Part shown: positions 29,740 to 38,343 of the stretch, one piece after another | Position numbering within the stretch: the first letter of the stretch is position 1 | Layout: every line of letters starts with the position of its first letter | Source of the DNA: Bacteroidales bacterium | GTDB taxonomy: Bacteria > Bacteroidota > Bacteroidia > Bacteroidales > WRLA01 | Assembly (NCBI GenBank): GCA_963676725.1 | Contig: OY781463.1 | Coordinates: 2,701,421-2,765,420, forward strand | Direction of reading: 5' to 3' | Length of the DNA: 64,000 nt | Translations under genes and position numbers: made by a program | Notes under the pieces: generated by a model | What the model saw: the letters and a program-made list of their open reading frames with translations, nothing else | What the model was told of the DNA's origin: nothing | Database searches by the model: none

Positions 29740-30885
29740 TTAATAAAGAGACCCAGATATATAATGTTCTTCTATTGGATCATCTTTTTCTTTAGGGATT
29801 TCTATTGTTTCTGTTTTAGTTTTTGTCCTTTCATTATCTATATATTCAACACCAATAACTGCTTTAATGCCGAGTAAGATCGCTTTAACTCCTACTCCTA
29901 TTTCATAGCCTATTGAATTGGTTGTTGTAATGCCCTCATCACTTTCAACTACTGTCTCCTTAGACACAAGTGCCTGTATTTCTGTTTTTGACTTGGCAAA
30001 CGTTGGGTGTTCGTCTATAGCATATTCGCTTGATGTTGATTTTCCTCCACCTGGAATTTCTATATTTACCTCATAGTTAACATTTTTAGATTCTTGATTA
30101 AACAAAAACTTAACTTTACCTTCAGGCGTAATACTTAACCCAACTTTAGTCTCTCCAACTACTTTTCCACCACTAATTCCAAGATCTAAAACATCTCCAT
30201 AACTCAATCCAATTTGAGGACCAAAACTTCCCGTAAATTTCAAATAAATCTGCGTTGTTCCAGCTGGCGGATCACCTGGACCCATTCCCATCCAATCTAT
30301 ATAATGGATAGGATGATTAGCCGCATAAACAAATGGTGATTGAAAACTATATTTCGTAGCTAAGGGGTCAAGCGTGTGAAATCGGGCAATAGCTGGGTCA
30401 TAAAACCTCGCCCCATAATCATACCAATCCAAGCCAAAATCACCTTCCAACTCACTTCGACTACGCTCAGTGCAACGCTTTCCATTGTATTTGTATTTAT
30501 TCTCAGGGCTGGAGTTGCCAGAATTCAATCCAGCAATGCTCATCCCATAGGGATAATAGGCATCTTCCTGCAAAATATTCAGGTTTTCATCAAAGGTAAT
30601 GCGGGTATTGCCCAGATGGTCTTTTAAAGAGAACTCATATAAGGAACTGCCATCCTCATGCATTATTATCCGGCCTTGGTTGGCCATTAAATAGGCAAGT
30701 TGGGTATTGTCCCCATTTTGGTCGGCATACACAAAGCGGCCGCTATAATCCCATGTGGCAGACACTTGATGGTCGATCTTTGTCTGTTTGCGTAGTTTAA
30801 TGCCATTGGCTGCATATGAAAAGTTCACTGACTGCATAATCGAACCGTTGGTATTTGTTCCGGTACTATTAATCTTTTGAGGCAA
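29740..30885 (-). CDS. Rhs C-terminal toxin cassette F (orphan; no ATG at the homology boundary)
   Basis: The track start is TTG, six codons after a stop, and the homology boundary is sharp and shared with cassette C. Conserved block ...NGIKLRKQTKIDHQ...LKDHLGNTRITF...[44 protein letters not shown]...NHPIHYIDWMGMG. The C-terminal domain is unique and beta-rich, ending EEHYISGSLY. Confidence 0.75.
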   Translation of the reverse strand: MPQKINSTGTNTNGSIMQSVNFSYAANGIKLRKQTKIDHQVSATWDYSGRFVYADQNGDNTQLAYLMANQGRIIMHEDGSSLYEFSLKDHLGNTRITFDENLNILQEDAYYPYGMSIAGLNSGNSSPENKYKYNGKRCTERSRSELEGDFGLDWYDYGARFYDPAIARFHTLDPLATKYSFQSPFVYAANHPIHYIDWMGMGPGDPPAGTTQIYLKFTGSFGPQIGLSYGDVLDLGISGGKVVGETKVGLSITPEGKVKFLFNQESKNVNYEVNIEIPGGGKSTSSEYAIDEHPTFAKSKTEIQALVSKETVVESDEGITTTNSIGYEIGVGVKAILLGIKAVIGVEYIDNERTKTKTETIEIPKEKDDPIEEHYISGSLY

Positions 30886-31014
30886 ATTTAATAAATTACA
30901 CTTTTAAAATGTCGAGTTTTTGGGGAAGCTTACACATAATAATAAATATGTTTTTTAATTTAAAGCAAGCTCTCTAATTCCAAGTGCGTATGGATAATAC
31001 AGTGAGTTGTAATA

Positions 31015-31719
31015 TTAATCAATCTCTTTGTCTTTCAATCTGGGGTCGGCAATTAATATATAATCTTCCGAAACTCCTTTATAGAAACCCAAATTTTCAA
31101 TAGTGTATTTTTCCGTTAGCATAGTGTCAATTACAACTCCGTTATTAGTTAATTTATAAATTGTTGAAGATTGATAATAAACGCTGTCAGGTGTACAATA
31201 TGCTTCATGGAGGTCCGATCCTCCTAATTCAATAGTACCATCACCGTCTAAATCTCCATAATAAGAAGCTTTAGTTTTAGTTATCAATATACACTTCTCG
31301 TCTTTAATCTCCAATATATGATAATTATTCCCGAGAATTGGATCAAATTCCTCCAAAATTAAATATTCTAAATTATCCAGTACTAAAAACTTTACGCGAC
31401 CCCTATTAAGATAAAAGGATTCATTAGTTAGACTATTATAGACCAGATTTGACCTAATATATAAGCTGGGGTGAAGGTAAATCGTATCTCCTTTATCAAC
31501 TAGTCCTGAATCTGGTGCCACAATATATACTGAATCATTTATGTCAACCAACAAGAAGTTGTTTTTTTCTTGCTTTATGTCAATATCATAAGTTGTTTCA
31601 AGTTCGTATAGTGCATCTGGAATTGATGAGTGCTTTTGATTTTCAATAGTTGAATTATTGCAAAAACAACCAGAAAATAGAAAACAGCCGATTATGTAGA
31701 ATAATTCTATTGGCTTCAT
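31015..31719 (-). CDS. Lipoprotein, putative immunity protein for cassette E
   Basis: I chose the start MKPIELFYIIGCFLFSGC (lipobox LFSGC), ATG at 31719, 4 nt after the toxin stop. It contains a DGDG motif (YYGDLDGDGTIELGG). Confidence 0.6.
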   Translation of the reverse strand: MKPIELFYIIGCFLFSGCFCNNSTIENQKHSSIPDALYELETTYDIDIKQEKNNFLLVDINDSVYIVAPDSGLVDKGDTIYLHPSLYIRSNLVYNSLTNESFYLNRGRVKFLVLDNLEYLILEEFDPILGNNYHILEIKDEKCILITKTKASYYGDLDGDGTIELGGSDLHEAYCTPDSVYYQSSTIYKLTNNGVVIDTMLTEKYTIENLGFYKGVSEDYILIADPRLKDKEID

Positions 31720-31723
31720 AATT

Positions 31724-32923
31724 TTATTCAATGTCCCCGTCCTCAAACCTTCCTCCTTTCGTAAAGTCAAACCACCAACCTTCTTGAACAACCATTTCAT
31801 CATTACTACTTGAATTTTGAGAAGGGCTTTGTGTGACATTTTTACCAAACACTTGATTCTTAATGATTATCATGATCAAATTTATAAATGAAAGAGGATT
31901 TTTGTCTGAACTTTGATTATTCAAGTACATATTAGACTTAGGTCTGCTAGGCCTATCATCTACAGCTGTTTTATCTTTGTTTAAAATAAAAAATTGCGGA
32001 GATGATTTAGAGCCAAATGTTTGCGAGATAGTGCCAACTTTATTTATTTTGCCTACATTCATTACTAAAACCTCATCCTCGCTTTTAGGAGAAACCACAG
32101 CAATATGACCACCAAATTTCCCGGGTTTCTCTCCACTACCATCATTTGATACATAGGAGGCGATGACTGTTATTCCTTTTTTTGCATAATAGATAGCATT
32201 CTTTTCATTAACAGGCGTTGCGAAATTGTTGTTGACGTACTTGCCAACAGCTCCTCTAAGCTTCCAGCCCATTTGATTAGCTGTGTAATCATTTATTTCA
32301 TAGTCTCCTAAAGAATAGTCCCTGGCTTGATTCAAAATATACTGAACTCCAATATTACAATATGTAGTTTCACCATTCTTGGGCCATTTTTTAATAGCTT
32401 CATTGCCAGCCGCAATTAAACCTTTTATTGTTGGGAAAATTCCATTCCCATCTGGGTCTATAAAAACAATGGGATTGTTAGTAGCGTAGTTATAACACGA
32501 AAATGAATAAAATTCTTCTGAAAGCATATCCAAGACAAACCATCGTCCTAGCCCTGCATCATACATCCTCGCCCCATAATCATACCAATCCAAACCAAAC
32601 TCATCCTGCAGCTCACTTCGACTACGCTCAGTGCAACGCTTGCCGTTGTATTTGTATTTGTTTTCGGAGCAGGAATTGCTATAGCTTAAGCCTTTTATAT
32701 TCATCCCATAGGGATAATAGGTATCTTCCTGCAAGACATTTCCGTTTTGGCTGAGGCTAATGCGGGTGTTTCCCAAATGGTCTTTCAGGAAGTACTGGTA
32801 TTCGTATGTGTCCTCGTTTTGCTTCATAATGCGGCCTTCGGAAGTGAGGATAAACTGGAGTTGGTTGTTTTCATAAACAAAGTTAGTAATATAATTGGTT
32901 TGGTCAAGAGCACTGCCATCGGA
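31724..32923 (-). CDS. Rhs C-terminal toxin cassette E (candidate papain-fold Cys/His amidase or peptidase C-terminal domain)
   Basis: The frame is open from 32923 (SDGSALDQTNYITNFVYENNQLQF...) and the first ATG is at 32827. Core end ...YKYNGKRCTERSRSELQDEFGLDWYDYGARMYDAGLGRWFVLD...NNPIVFIDPDGNG. The C-terminal domain has TTYCNIGVQYIL (Cys) and FGGHIAVVSP (His), as in NlpC/P60/CHAP-like enzymes. Confidence 0.7.
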   Translation of the reverse strand, partial: SDGSALDQTNYITNFVYENNQLQFILTSEGRIMKQNEDTYEYQYFLKDHLGNTRISLSQNGNVLQEDTYYPYGMNIKGLSYSNSCSENKYKYNGKRCTERSRSELQDEFGLDWYDYGARMYDAGLGRWFVLDMLSEEFYSFSCYNYATNNPIVFIDPDGNGIFPTIKGLIAAGNEAIKKWPKNGETTYCNIGVQYILNQARDYSLGDYEINDYTANQMGWKLRGAVGKYVNNNFATPVNEKNAIYYAKKGITVIASYVSNDGSGEKPGKFGGHIAVVSPKSEDEVLVMNVGKINKVGTISQTFGSKSSPQFFILNKDKTAVDDRPSRPKSNMYLNNQSSDKNPLSFINLIMIIIKNQVFGKNVTQSPSQNSSSNDEMVVQEGWWFDFTKGGRFEDGDIE

Positions 32924-32937
32924 TTATTCGAGCTTTC

Positions 32938-33102
32938 CATTTGCCCACCAAAAACTGCTTTTGGGCTGTCATCTATAGTGCTAAAGGTGAGCCAAGCATT
33001 ATGGCCAAAATACCAATTGTTGGCCTGCTTGCTTTGGGCATGAGCAAAAACAGCTCCTAAAAGCAGTGTGAATAATAATAAATATGGAGCATGATAATTC
33101 AT
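32938..33102 (-). pseudogene. Leader fragment L2 (signal peptide plus NNWYFG N-terminus) with the same out-of-frame junction as L1
   Basis: MNYHAPYLLLFTLLLGAVFAHAQSKQANNWYFGHNAWLTFSTIDDSPKAVFGGQM is followed by the same junction sequence as L1 (..SSNNPMAVLLT.PIILL..). Confidence 0.75.
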
Positions 33103-33261
33103 TTAAATGTAATTCCCTTTCTAACTAGAAGATTGCACTCTGACGTTAAGTGTTCCGCCGGATTCACAATGTTTTGAATACCATGGCATAGTATATATTA
33201 ATTGATATATAATATTATGCTACTATTTGCAGTCAAGCTAAATATCAATGTTTTATTCATA

Positions 33262-33459
33262 TTATTTTTTTTTCAAATATGAATAGGAAAATTCAGCGAA
33301 CATATAGCCAATATATATTCCTGCCTGTAAAAAAAATAAATATGTAAATACTTTGTGCAAACGTTCATGTAGAAAGAAAAAAAATAAAAAATATAACCAA
33401 AAAACCAAAACTACAATGATGCGCGAATTAGAGGCAAGCCAATATTTAAAACCATTCAT
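33262..33459 (-). CDS. Small membrane protein (second immunity-type ORF after cassette D)
   Basis: 65 aa with two TM helices. It overlaps the upstream small ORF by 14 nt. Confidence 0.4.
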   Translation of the reverse strand: MNGFKYWLASNSRIIVVLVFWLYFLFFFFLHERLHKVFTYLFFLQAGIYIGYMFAEFSYSYLKKK

Positions 33460-33670
33460 CTTTCTTGAGATTAATTGCTGATATTAATATAGCGAAAAGC
33501 ACTATTAATTCTGATATTCCATATAGCTTAGAATACTTATATTCAATATACTCTCCAAAAAATATTGAAAACAGAATTTGTGCGAAACCAATTACTAAAC
33601 TAGTAATATGAATCTTTTTTGCTAAACTGTTATTCAAACTCTTCTTTTTCCTTTCTTTTTTTCGCTTCAT
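33446..33670 (-). CDS. Small membrane protein, putative immunity protein for cassette D
   Basis: 74 aa with a basic N-terminus and two TM helices. It overlaps the 3' end of cassette D by 41 nt. Confidence 0.45.
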   Translation of the reverse strand: MKRKKERKKKSLNNSLAKKIHITSLVIGFAQILFSIFFGEYIEYKYSKLYGISELIVLFAILISAINLKKDEWF

Positions 33671-34817
33671 TGATTAAGTGTTTTTCCCATCTTTTTATCC
33701 GATCCTTCTCATAGTCTTCTTTTTGTTTCTTATCAGCATTTTCCCAAGCGTCTGGGTCTGTTTTTTTAATGTGCTTGCCAACAACTGACTCAAAATCATT
33801 TAGACGATAAAATCTAGTATTTTTGTCTTCATTTGGATTACTAAAAAATTCTTTTCCCATATCTCTTCCTTTTTCATCTTTTTCGTTTTGTGTTTGGTCG
33901 TATGGCCTCTTTGAAGGATCCTTATTAAAAAGATGATTAAAAGCATCTGCCGCTGTGGCAATTGTTACCACTACTGCCGCGGTCACAAGTTTAGGATTTC
34001 CTTCCGGATTACCTTTCGGCTTTCCTTCACCACATGAGTTGAGGTTTGAGTTGTTTTTTCCTATATTTTTACTATGATTTCTAGCATTCTTCAGTTTCTC
34101 CTTTTGAGAACGAACCTCTCTATTTTCTTGTTCTTGTCTTTCGTCACGAAGATCTTCCCAATATTTATAAGTTATATATGTAGTTATGGCTGTAGTAGTT
34201 ACCGCTGCTTGATAAATAGTATAAATGATAAAAGGGTACTCTCCATTCTTATCTATAAATATAACAGGGTTATTGACTGCATAAGCATATGTTGTTTGAA
34301 ATCGATACAATTCAGCTTTGGGATCAATTGAATGAAACCTCCACAAAGCCGCATCATACATCCTCGCCCCATAATCATACCAATCCAAACCAAACTCATC
34401 CTGCAGCTCACTTCGACTACGCTCAGTGCAACGCTTGCCGTTATACTTATATTTATTCTCAGGGCTGGAGTTGGCGGTACTCAAACCGGCAATGTTCATT
34501 CCAAAAGGATAATAGGCATCTTCCTGCAAAATATTCAGGTTTTCATCAAAGGTAATGCGGGTATTGCTCAGGTGGTCTTTTAAGGAATACTCATATGCAG
34601 GGCTGCCATCTTCCTCTATCGTGATGCGCCCCTGTGCAGCCATTAAATAAGCAAGCTCCGTATTGTCCCCGTTTACATCAGAATACACAAAACGTCCGGC
34701 ATAGTCAAACGTTTTGGAAACTGGTGGTCGATGCGGGTCTGTTTCCGAAGCTTTGTGCCAGAGGCCGCAATAGGTAGTTAATTCCCAGTATGATAGTGTT
34801 CCTTGAGCTTGTTTCAC
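33630..34817 (-). CDS. Rhs C-terminal toxin cassette D (5' region frameshifted relative to cassette G; TM-plus-charged C-terminal domain)
   Basis: ...SKTFDYAGRFVYSDVNGDNTELAYLMA...LKDHLSNTRITF...YKYNGKRCTERSRSELQDEFGLDWYDYGARMYDAALWRFHSIDP...NNPVIFIDKNGEY. Upstream of SKTFDY the DNA matches cassette G but lacks 1 nt (ggaaactgg versus ggatatctgg). The C-terminal domain has a TM-like YPFIIYTIYQAAVTTTAITTYITY and a long K/E-rich tail. Confidence 0.7.
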   Translation of the reverse strand: MKQAQGTLSYWELTTYCGLWHKASETDPHRPPVSKTFDYAGRFVYSDVNGDNTELAYLMAAQGRITIEEDGSPAYEYSLKDHLSNTRITFDENLNILQEDAYYPFGMNIAGLSTANSSPENKYKYNGKRCTERSRSELQDEFGLDWYDYGARMYDAALWRFHSIDPKAELYRFQTTYAYAVNNPVIFIDKNGEYPFIIYTIYQAAVTTTAITTYITYKYWEDLRDERQEQENREVRSQKEKLKNARNHSKNIGKNNSNLNSCGEGKPKGNPEGNPKLVTAAVVVTIATAADAFNHLFNKDPSKRPYDQTQNEKDEKGRDMGKEFFSNPNEDKNTRFYRLNDFESVVGKHIKKTDPDAWENADKKQKEDYEKDRIKRWEKHLINEAKKRKEKEEFE

Positions 34818-34902
34818 TTAAGCTGATCTTTTAATGTAAATTTGATCAATAATACTTTTAAAATGTCCATTTTATTGAGAAGCCAACATCTATTAAAATC
34901 TA

Positions 34903-35280
34903 TTATTCCTTATATATTATGATTCCATTAATTTTTAGTTTTCGATCGTTAACAACTTTTACCATATGCTCTCTTTTGTCTATGAATGCTGGTGAAAATG
35001 TTTCCATGAGGCCATATTTATAACATTTTAATACTATACCTCTATTTCTTTTATAACTCCATGTTCCTTTGCATGTTTTATGTGAATAATTACCGATAAT
35101 TCTTAAGTTAAAAGTGCTGTCACTGTTCAACTGCAAAATATAGTAATATTCATTTTTTGTTGGGCGGCTCTTATATATGCCTTGAAAATTATCATGTTGC
35201 ATGTAATAATTTGAGCTACATGAGAATAGCAATATAATAAGAAATAGATGCAAGTTAGTCCTGATAATAATAATCCCCAT
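34903..35280 (-). CDS. Lipoprotein, putative immunity protein for cassette C
   Basis: 125 aa, MGIIIIRTNLHLFLIILLFSC (lipobox). It overlaps the toxin 3' end by 26 nt. Confidence 0.55.
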   Translation of the reverse strand: MGIIIIRTNLHLFLIILLFSCSSNYYMQHDNFQGIYKSRPTKNEYYYILQLNSDSTFNLRIIGNYSHKTCKGTWSYKRNRGIVLKCYKYGLMETFSPAFIDKREHMVKVVNDRKLKINGIIIYKE

Positions 35281-36526
35281 AAGTATCTCCTTTTACTATA
35301 CTTTCATTACTTGGTAGATTTTGTAATGCTTTATTATTTGGATACGCCTTAAGCCAATCTTCCCTCTTAGAATAAATGTCTAAAGGATATTGTGCCGTAT
35401 TAGCCTTTCCATTAGGCCCATAAAAACTACCGTCATCTATATTTTTCACCCAACTTCGGGTAATTAGCTCATATTTATTCGCAATTCCATAAGATTGAAT
35501 ATTTTGAACAGAGACTGGGGAAACATTAAACTGCGCCCGATAGGCTTCCACTTCATTTTTAAGATCGACTAAAAAAGCTAATCCACTGGATTTGAAAAAA
35601 GCTATTTCCCCTTCCATAAATTGTTTAACATGCGTCACCTCATGGATTAGTACAGCAGCATTAGTATAAATAACATTAATTTTATTATCCTCTAATAATT
35701 CTAGAGTGCCAGCTTTCCCATTTACGGAACCTTCCATCGGCGTCAATACAAACGTCTGTTCCTCAGTGGCCTCCATATCATCCATGTGTTTAAGAGATAC
35801 CTTTAAACGAAATATCCTCTTATTTAGCCTTTCTTTTTTCTTTTCGCTGTTTTTTTCAGTATGTAGCTTATTGGTCAGCCTCCCTACTAATTTTTCCAAA
35901 AATCTTCTTTGACGCTCAAACTCTTCTTGACTGGCAGGGTCAATATCCATTCCTGTGGGATCTGTATAGCGAACGGGATTATTTGCAAACATTCTGTATG
36001 GACTAATTGGGTGGTATTTTTCAAGAAGCGGATCCATGCTTAATGTCATGGTCAGAGAAGCGTCATAGAATCTTGTTTCAAAATCATAGCAATTTAGTCC
36101 AAAGTCCTCCTGATGTTCTTTGCCGTTGTATTTGTATTTGTTTTCAGAACAGGAATTGTTATAGCTTAAGCCTTTTATATTCATCCCATATGGGTAATAG
36201 GCGTCTTCCTGTATAATGTTCAGATCTTCATCAAAGGTAATGCGGGTATTGCCCAGATGGTCTTTTAAGGAATATTCATAAGATGAACTGCCATCCTCAT
36301 GCATTACTATCCTGCCATGGTTTGCCATTAAATAGGCAAGTTGGGTGTTGTCCCCGTTGTTGTCTGCATAAATAAAGCGGCCGCTATAATCCCATGTGGC
36401 AGACAATTGATGGTCGATCTTTGTCTGTTTGCGTAGTTTAATGCCATTGGCTGCATATGAAAAGTTCACTGACTGCATAATCGATCCACTGGTATTTGTT
36501 CCGGTACTATTAATCTTTTGAGGCAA
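35255..36526 (-). CDS. Rhs C-terminal toxin cassette C (HExxH metallopeptidase-like C-terminal domain; orphan, TTG at the boundary)
   Basis: It has the same 5' homology boundary as cassette F. ...YKYNGKEHQEDFGLNCYDFETRFYDASLTMTLSMDP...NNPVRYTDPTGMD. The C-terminal domain contains AAVLIHEVTHVKQFMEGE. Confidence 0.7.
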   Translation of the reverse strand: MPQKINSTGTNTSGSIMQSVNFSYAANGIKLRKQTKIDHQLSATWDYSGRFIYADNNGDNTQLAYLMANHGRIVMHEDGSSSYEYSLKDHLGNTRITFDEDLNIIQEDAYYPYGMNIKGLSYNNSCSENKYKYNGKEHQEDFGLNCYDFETRFYDASLTMTLSMDPLLEKYHPISPYRMFANNPVRYTDPTGMDIDPASQEEFERQRRFLEKLVGRLTNKLHTEKNSEKKKERLNKRIFRLKVSLKHMDDMEATEEQTFVLTPMEGSVNGKAGTLELLEDNKINVIYTNAAVLIHEVTHVKQFMEGEIAFFKSSGLAFLVDLKNEVEAYRAQFNVSPVSVQNIQSYGIANKYELITRSWVKNIDDGSFYGPNGKANTAQYPLDIYSKREDWLKAYPNNKALQNLPSNESIVKGDTYGDYYYQD

Positions 36527-36544
36527 ATTTAAAAAATATATTCA

Positions 36545-36739
36545 TTTAATAAATACGCTGGAGTAACCTTCTCCCTGAAATATTTGCCCACCAAAAACTG
36601 CTTTTGGGCTGTCATCTATAGTGTTAAAGGTGAGCCAAGCATTATGGCCAAAATACCTTTGTTGGCTTGTGAGATGTGCTGCGAAACGCCTACTAATATG
36701 TTGAAAATAAAAAGTTAGATAATAATACTTTTGCAACAT
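36545..36739 (-). pseudogene. Leader fragment L3 (degenerate signal-peptide region; retains ..YFGHNAWLTFNTIDDSPKAVFGGQIFQGEGYSSV)
   Basis: It is homologous to L2 and to residues ~39-72 of the 550-aa protein (DGQIDQSEGCASI). There is a deletion in the AQ.KQANNW segment, and a stop lies immediately upstream of cassette C. Confidence 0.65.
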
Positions 36740-36787
36740 GGCACACTTCCAAGTAGATTTTTATTACACGCTATCCTAATGTAAAAA

Positions 36788-37264
36788 TTATTTAATATTT
36801 AAGTTGTCAATCACTGCTATAATGTTTTTTAGGTCACTGTCTTTCCATTGATTAACTCTACTTTCCATTATCTCTGCAATATATTTATCTTGGTTTTTAA
36901 AAACCAACGTGTTTTTGCGAATACCATATCCAACTTTTTGTTTGTAGTACTCATATTTAAGCAAATAATACGGAATGGAAACCGATCGTTTCCAAAAGAT
37001 ATATCTATAATAGAAAATAGTACATAGCTGTTTATTCTCGGAAAATGCAACTTTATAAACCACTCTGCCTTTATTGCGACTTATCATTAATATTATAATC
37101 AAAAGAACAATTAACTGAATACCTATCCAATACGTATAAAAAAAAGAAGCACCTTTAGCAATAAAAACAAAATTTATAATTGGTAGGATGTTAAATTCTG
37201 AATTATACTTACTATACCAATAAAACTTTTTTTTAAAAACCTTCATAATGGGTATTTTATTCAA
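36788..37264 (-). CDS. Membrane protein, putative immunity protein for cassette B
   Basis: 158 aa with two TM helices near the N-terminus followed by a soluble domain. It lies 17 nt downstream of the toxin stop. Confidence 0.5.
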   Translation of the reverse strand: MNKIPIMKVFKKKFYWYSKYNSEFNILPIINFVFIAKGASFFYTYWIGIQLIVLLIIILMISRNKGRVVYKVAFSENKQLCTIFYYRYIFWKRSVSIPYYLLKYEYYKQKVGYGIRKNTLVFKNQDKYIAEIMESRVNQWKDSDLKNIIAVIDNLNIK

Positions 37265-37281
37265 TTTACATGAATGTTGTG

Positions 37282-38001
37282 TTAATAAAGTGATTTATTT
37301 CTATAGTGATCACGCAATGCTTCTTCAGTTGGATCCATCTCTTCTACCTGTTCTTTAGGATTCATTGTTTTATTAATAATTTCATTAAAATTCTCTTTTA
37401 CTGAATTTATCGCATTTTGAATTTTACCACCAACAGATTCAAGGAATTCTTTACCGGAGGATACAATAAACTTGGTCGGTTCAGAGGCAGTAACAAGCAT
37501 ATTTGCACCCGAAACAGCACCGTCTATTGTATATTTAGGAGATCCTCCTGTAAGGCCGACTCCTAAATCCACTACAGCCCCTGCTTCTCGTAATCCTGAA
37601 CCTTCCATATCAAAAGCTTTTTCGGCAGTAGCTGCTGTTAATTCACCTAAGCCTCCCGGTACATTGTTCTCCCCATCATTAGCGGCACCATCAATAATTT
37701 GTGCCGTACCCAGAGCAATTGTTCCACTCCCGCTTATAATTAAAACTACACCAGCTGGACCCCCAACTCCCGTCGCAGCTAGACCAACCCCTCCGACCCA
37801 TTGGGTAACACCTCCAGCAACAGTAAGGCATCCTAGAGCAACATCCCAGCCATCTTCTCCGTTAATATCAATAAATCTCATTGGATTATTATATGTATAA
37901 TGGAATGGGGTTAATGAATAGTATTTTTCAGCTAAAGGATCAACAGCATGCCACCGGGCGATTTGAGGGTCATAAAACCTCGCCCCGTAATCATGTCTTA
38001 A
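37282..38001 (-). pseudogene. Rhs C-terminal toxin cassette B, 5'-truncated within the core (starts at ..[10 protein letters not shown]); glycine-zipper C-terminal domain
   Basis: The open frame from 38001 reads [52 protein letters not shown]... and the first ATG is at 37881. The C-terminal domain is Gly-rich ([29 protein letters not shown]) and ends [10 protein letters not shown]. Confidence 0.7.
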
Positions 38002-38031
38002 TCACCTGCCAACAAATTATAGTGAAATACA

Positions 38032-38331
38032 TTATACCCACCCTTTTCTTTTTGCATTAAGATAATAAAATGGGGTGTACAGTCCCATAAGAAAGAAAAG
38101 AAGGAAAAATATAGTTATTCTTTTGTCGTATTTCGCCCATATGTATAAGTTATAAATAGAAAATCCAAACGTTACATATGATAATATACTACGAATACAG
38201 GAAAAAACATCCCCAATTAAAATATCTTTTAAAAACATTAATTTGAATATCGATGAAAGGAAAATACCAATGAATACTGCAAATAATAAAAAATTCGATA
38301 TTAGTGCGACGGTTAATACAGTTTTTTTCAT
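38032..38331 (-). CDS. Small membrane protein, putative immunity protein for cassette A
   Basis: 99 aa with three TM helices. It is an apparent paralog of 29415..29735. Confidence 0.6.
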   Translation of the reverse strand: MKKTVLTVALISNFLLFAVFIGIFLSSIFKLMFLKDILIGDVFSCIRSILSYVTFGFSIYNLYIWAKYDKRITIFFLLFFLMGLYTPFYYLNAKRKGWV

Positions 38332-38343
38332 AATAAATATTAT

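Noticed and set aside
37472-37900. A 142-aa Pro/Ala-rich plus-strand ORF.
   Set aside because: It is the antisense mirror of the Gly-rich cassette B C-terminal domain (GGN codons read as NCC). The minus strand continues directly from the Rhs core motif.
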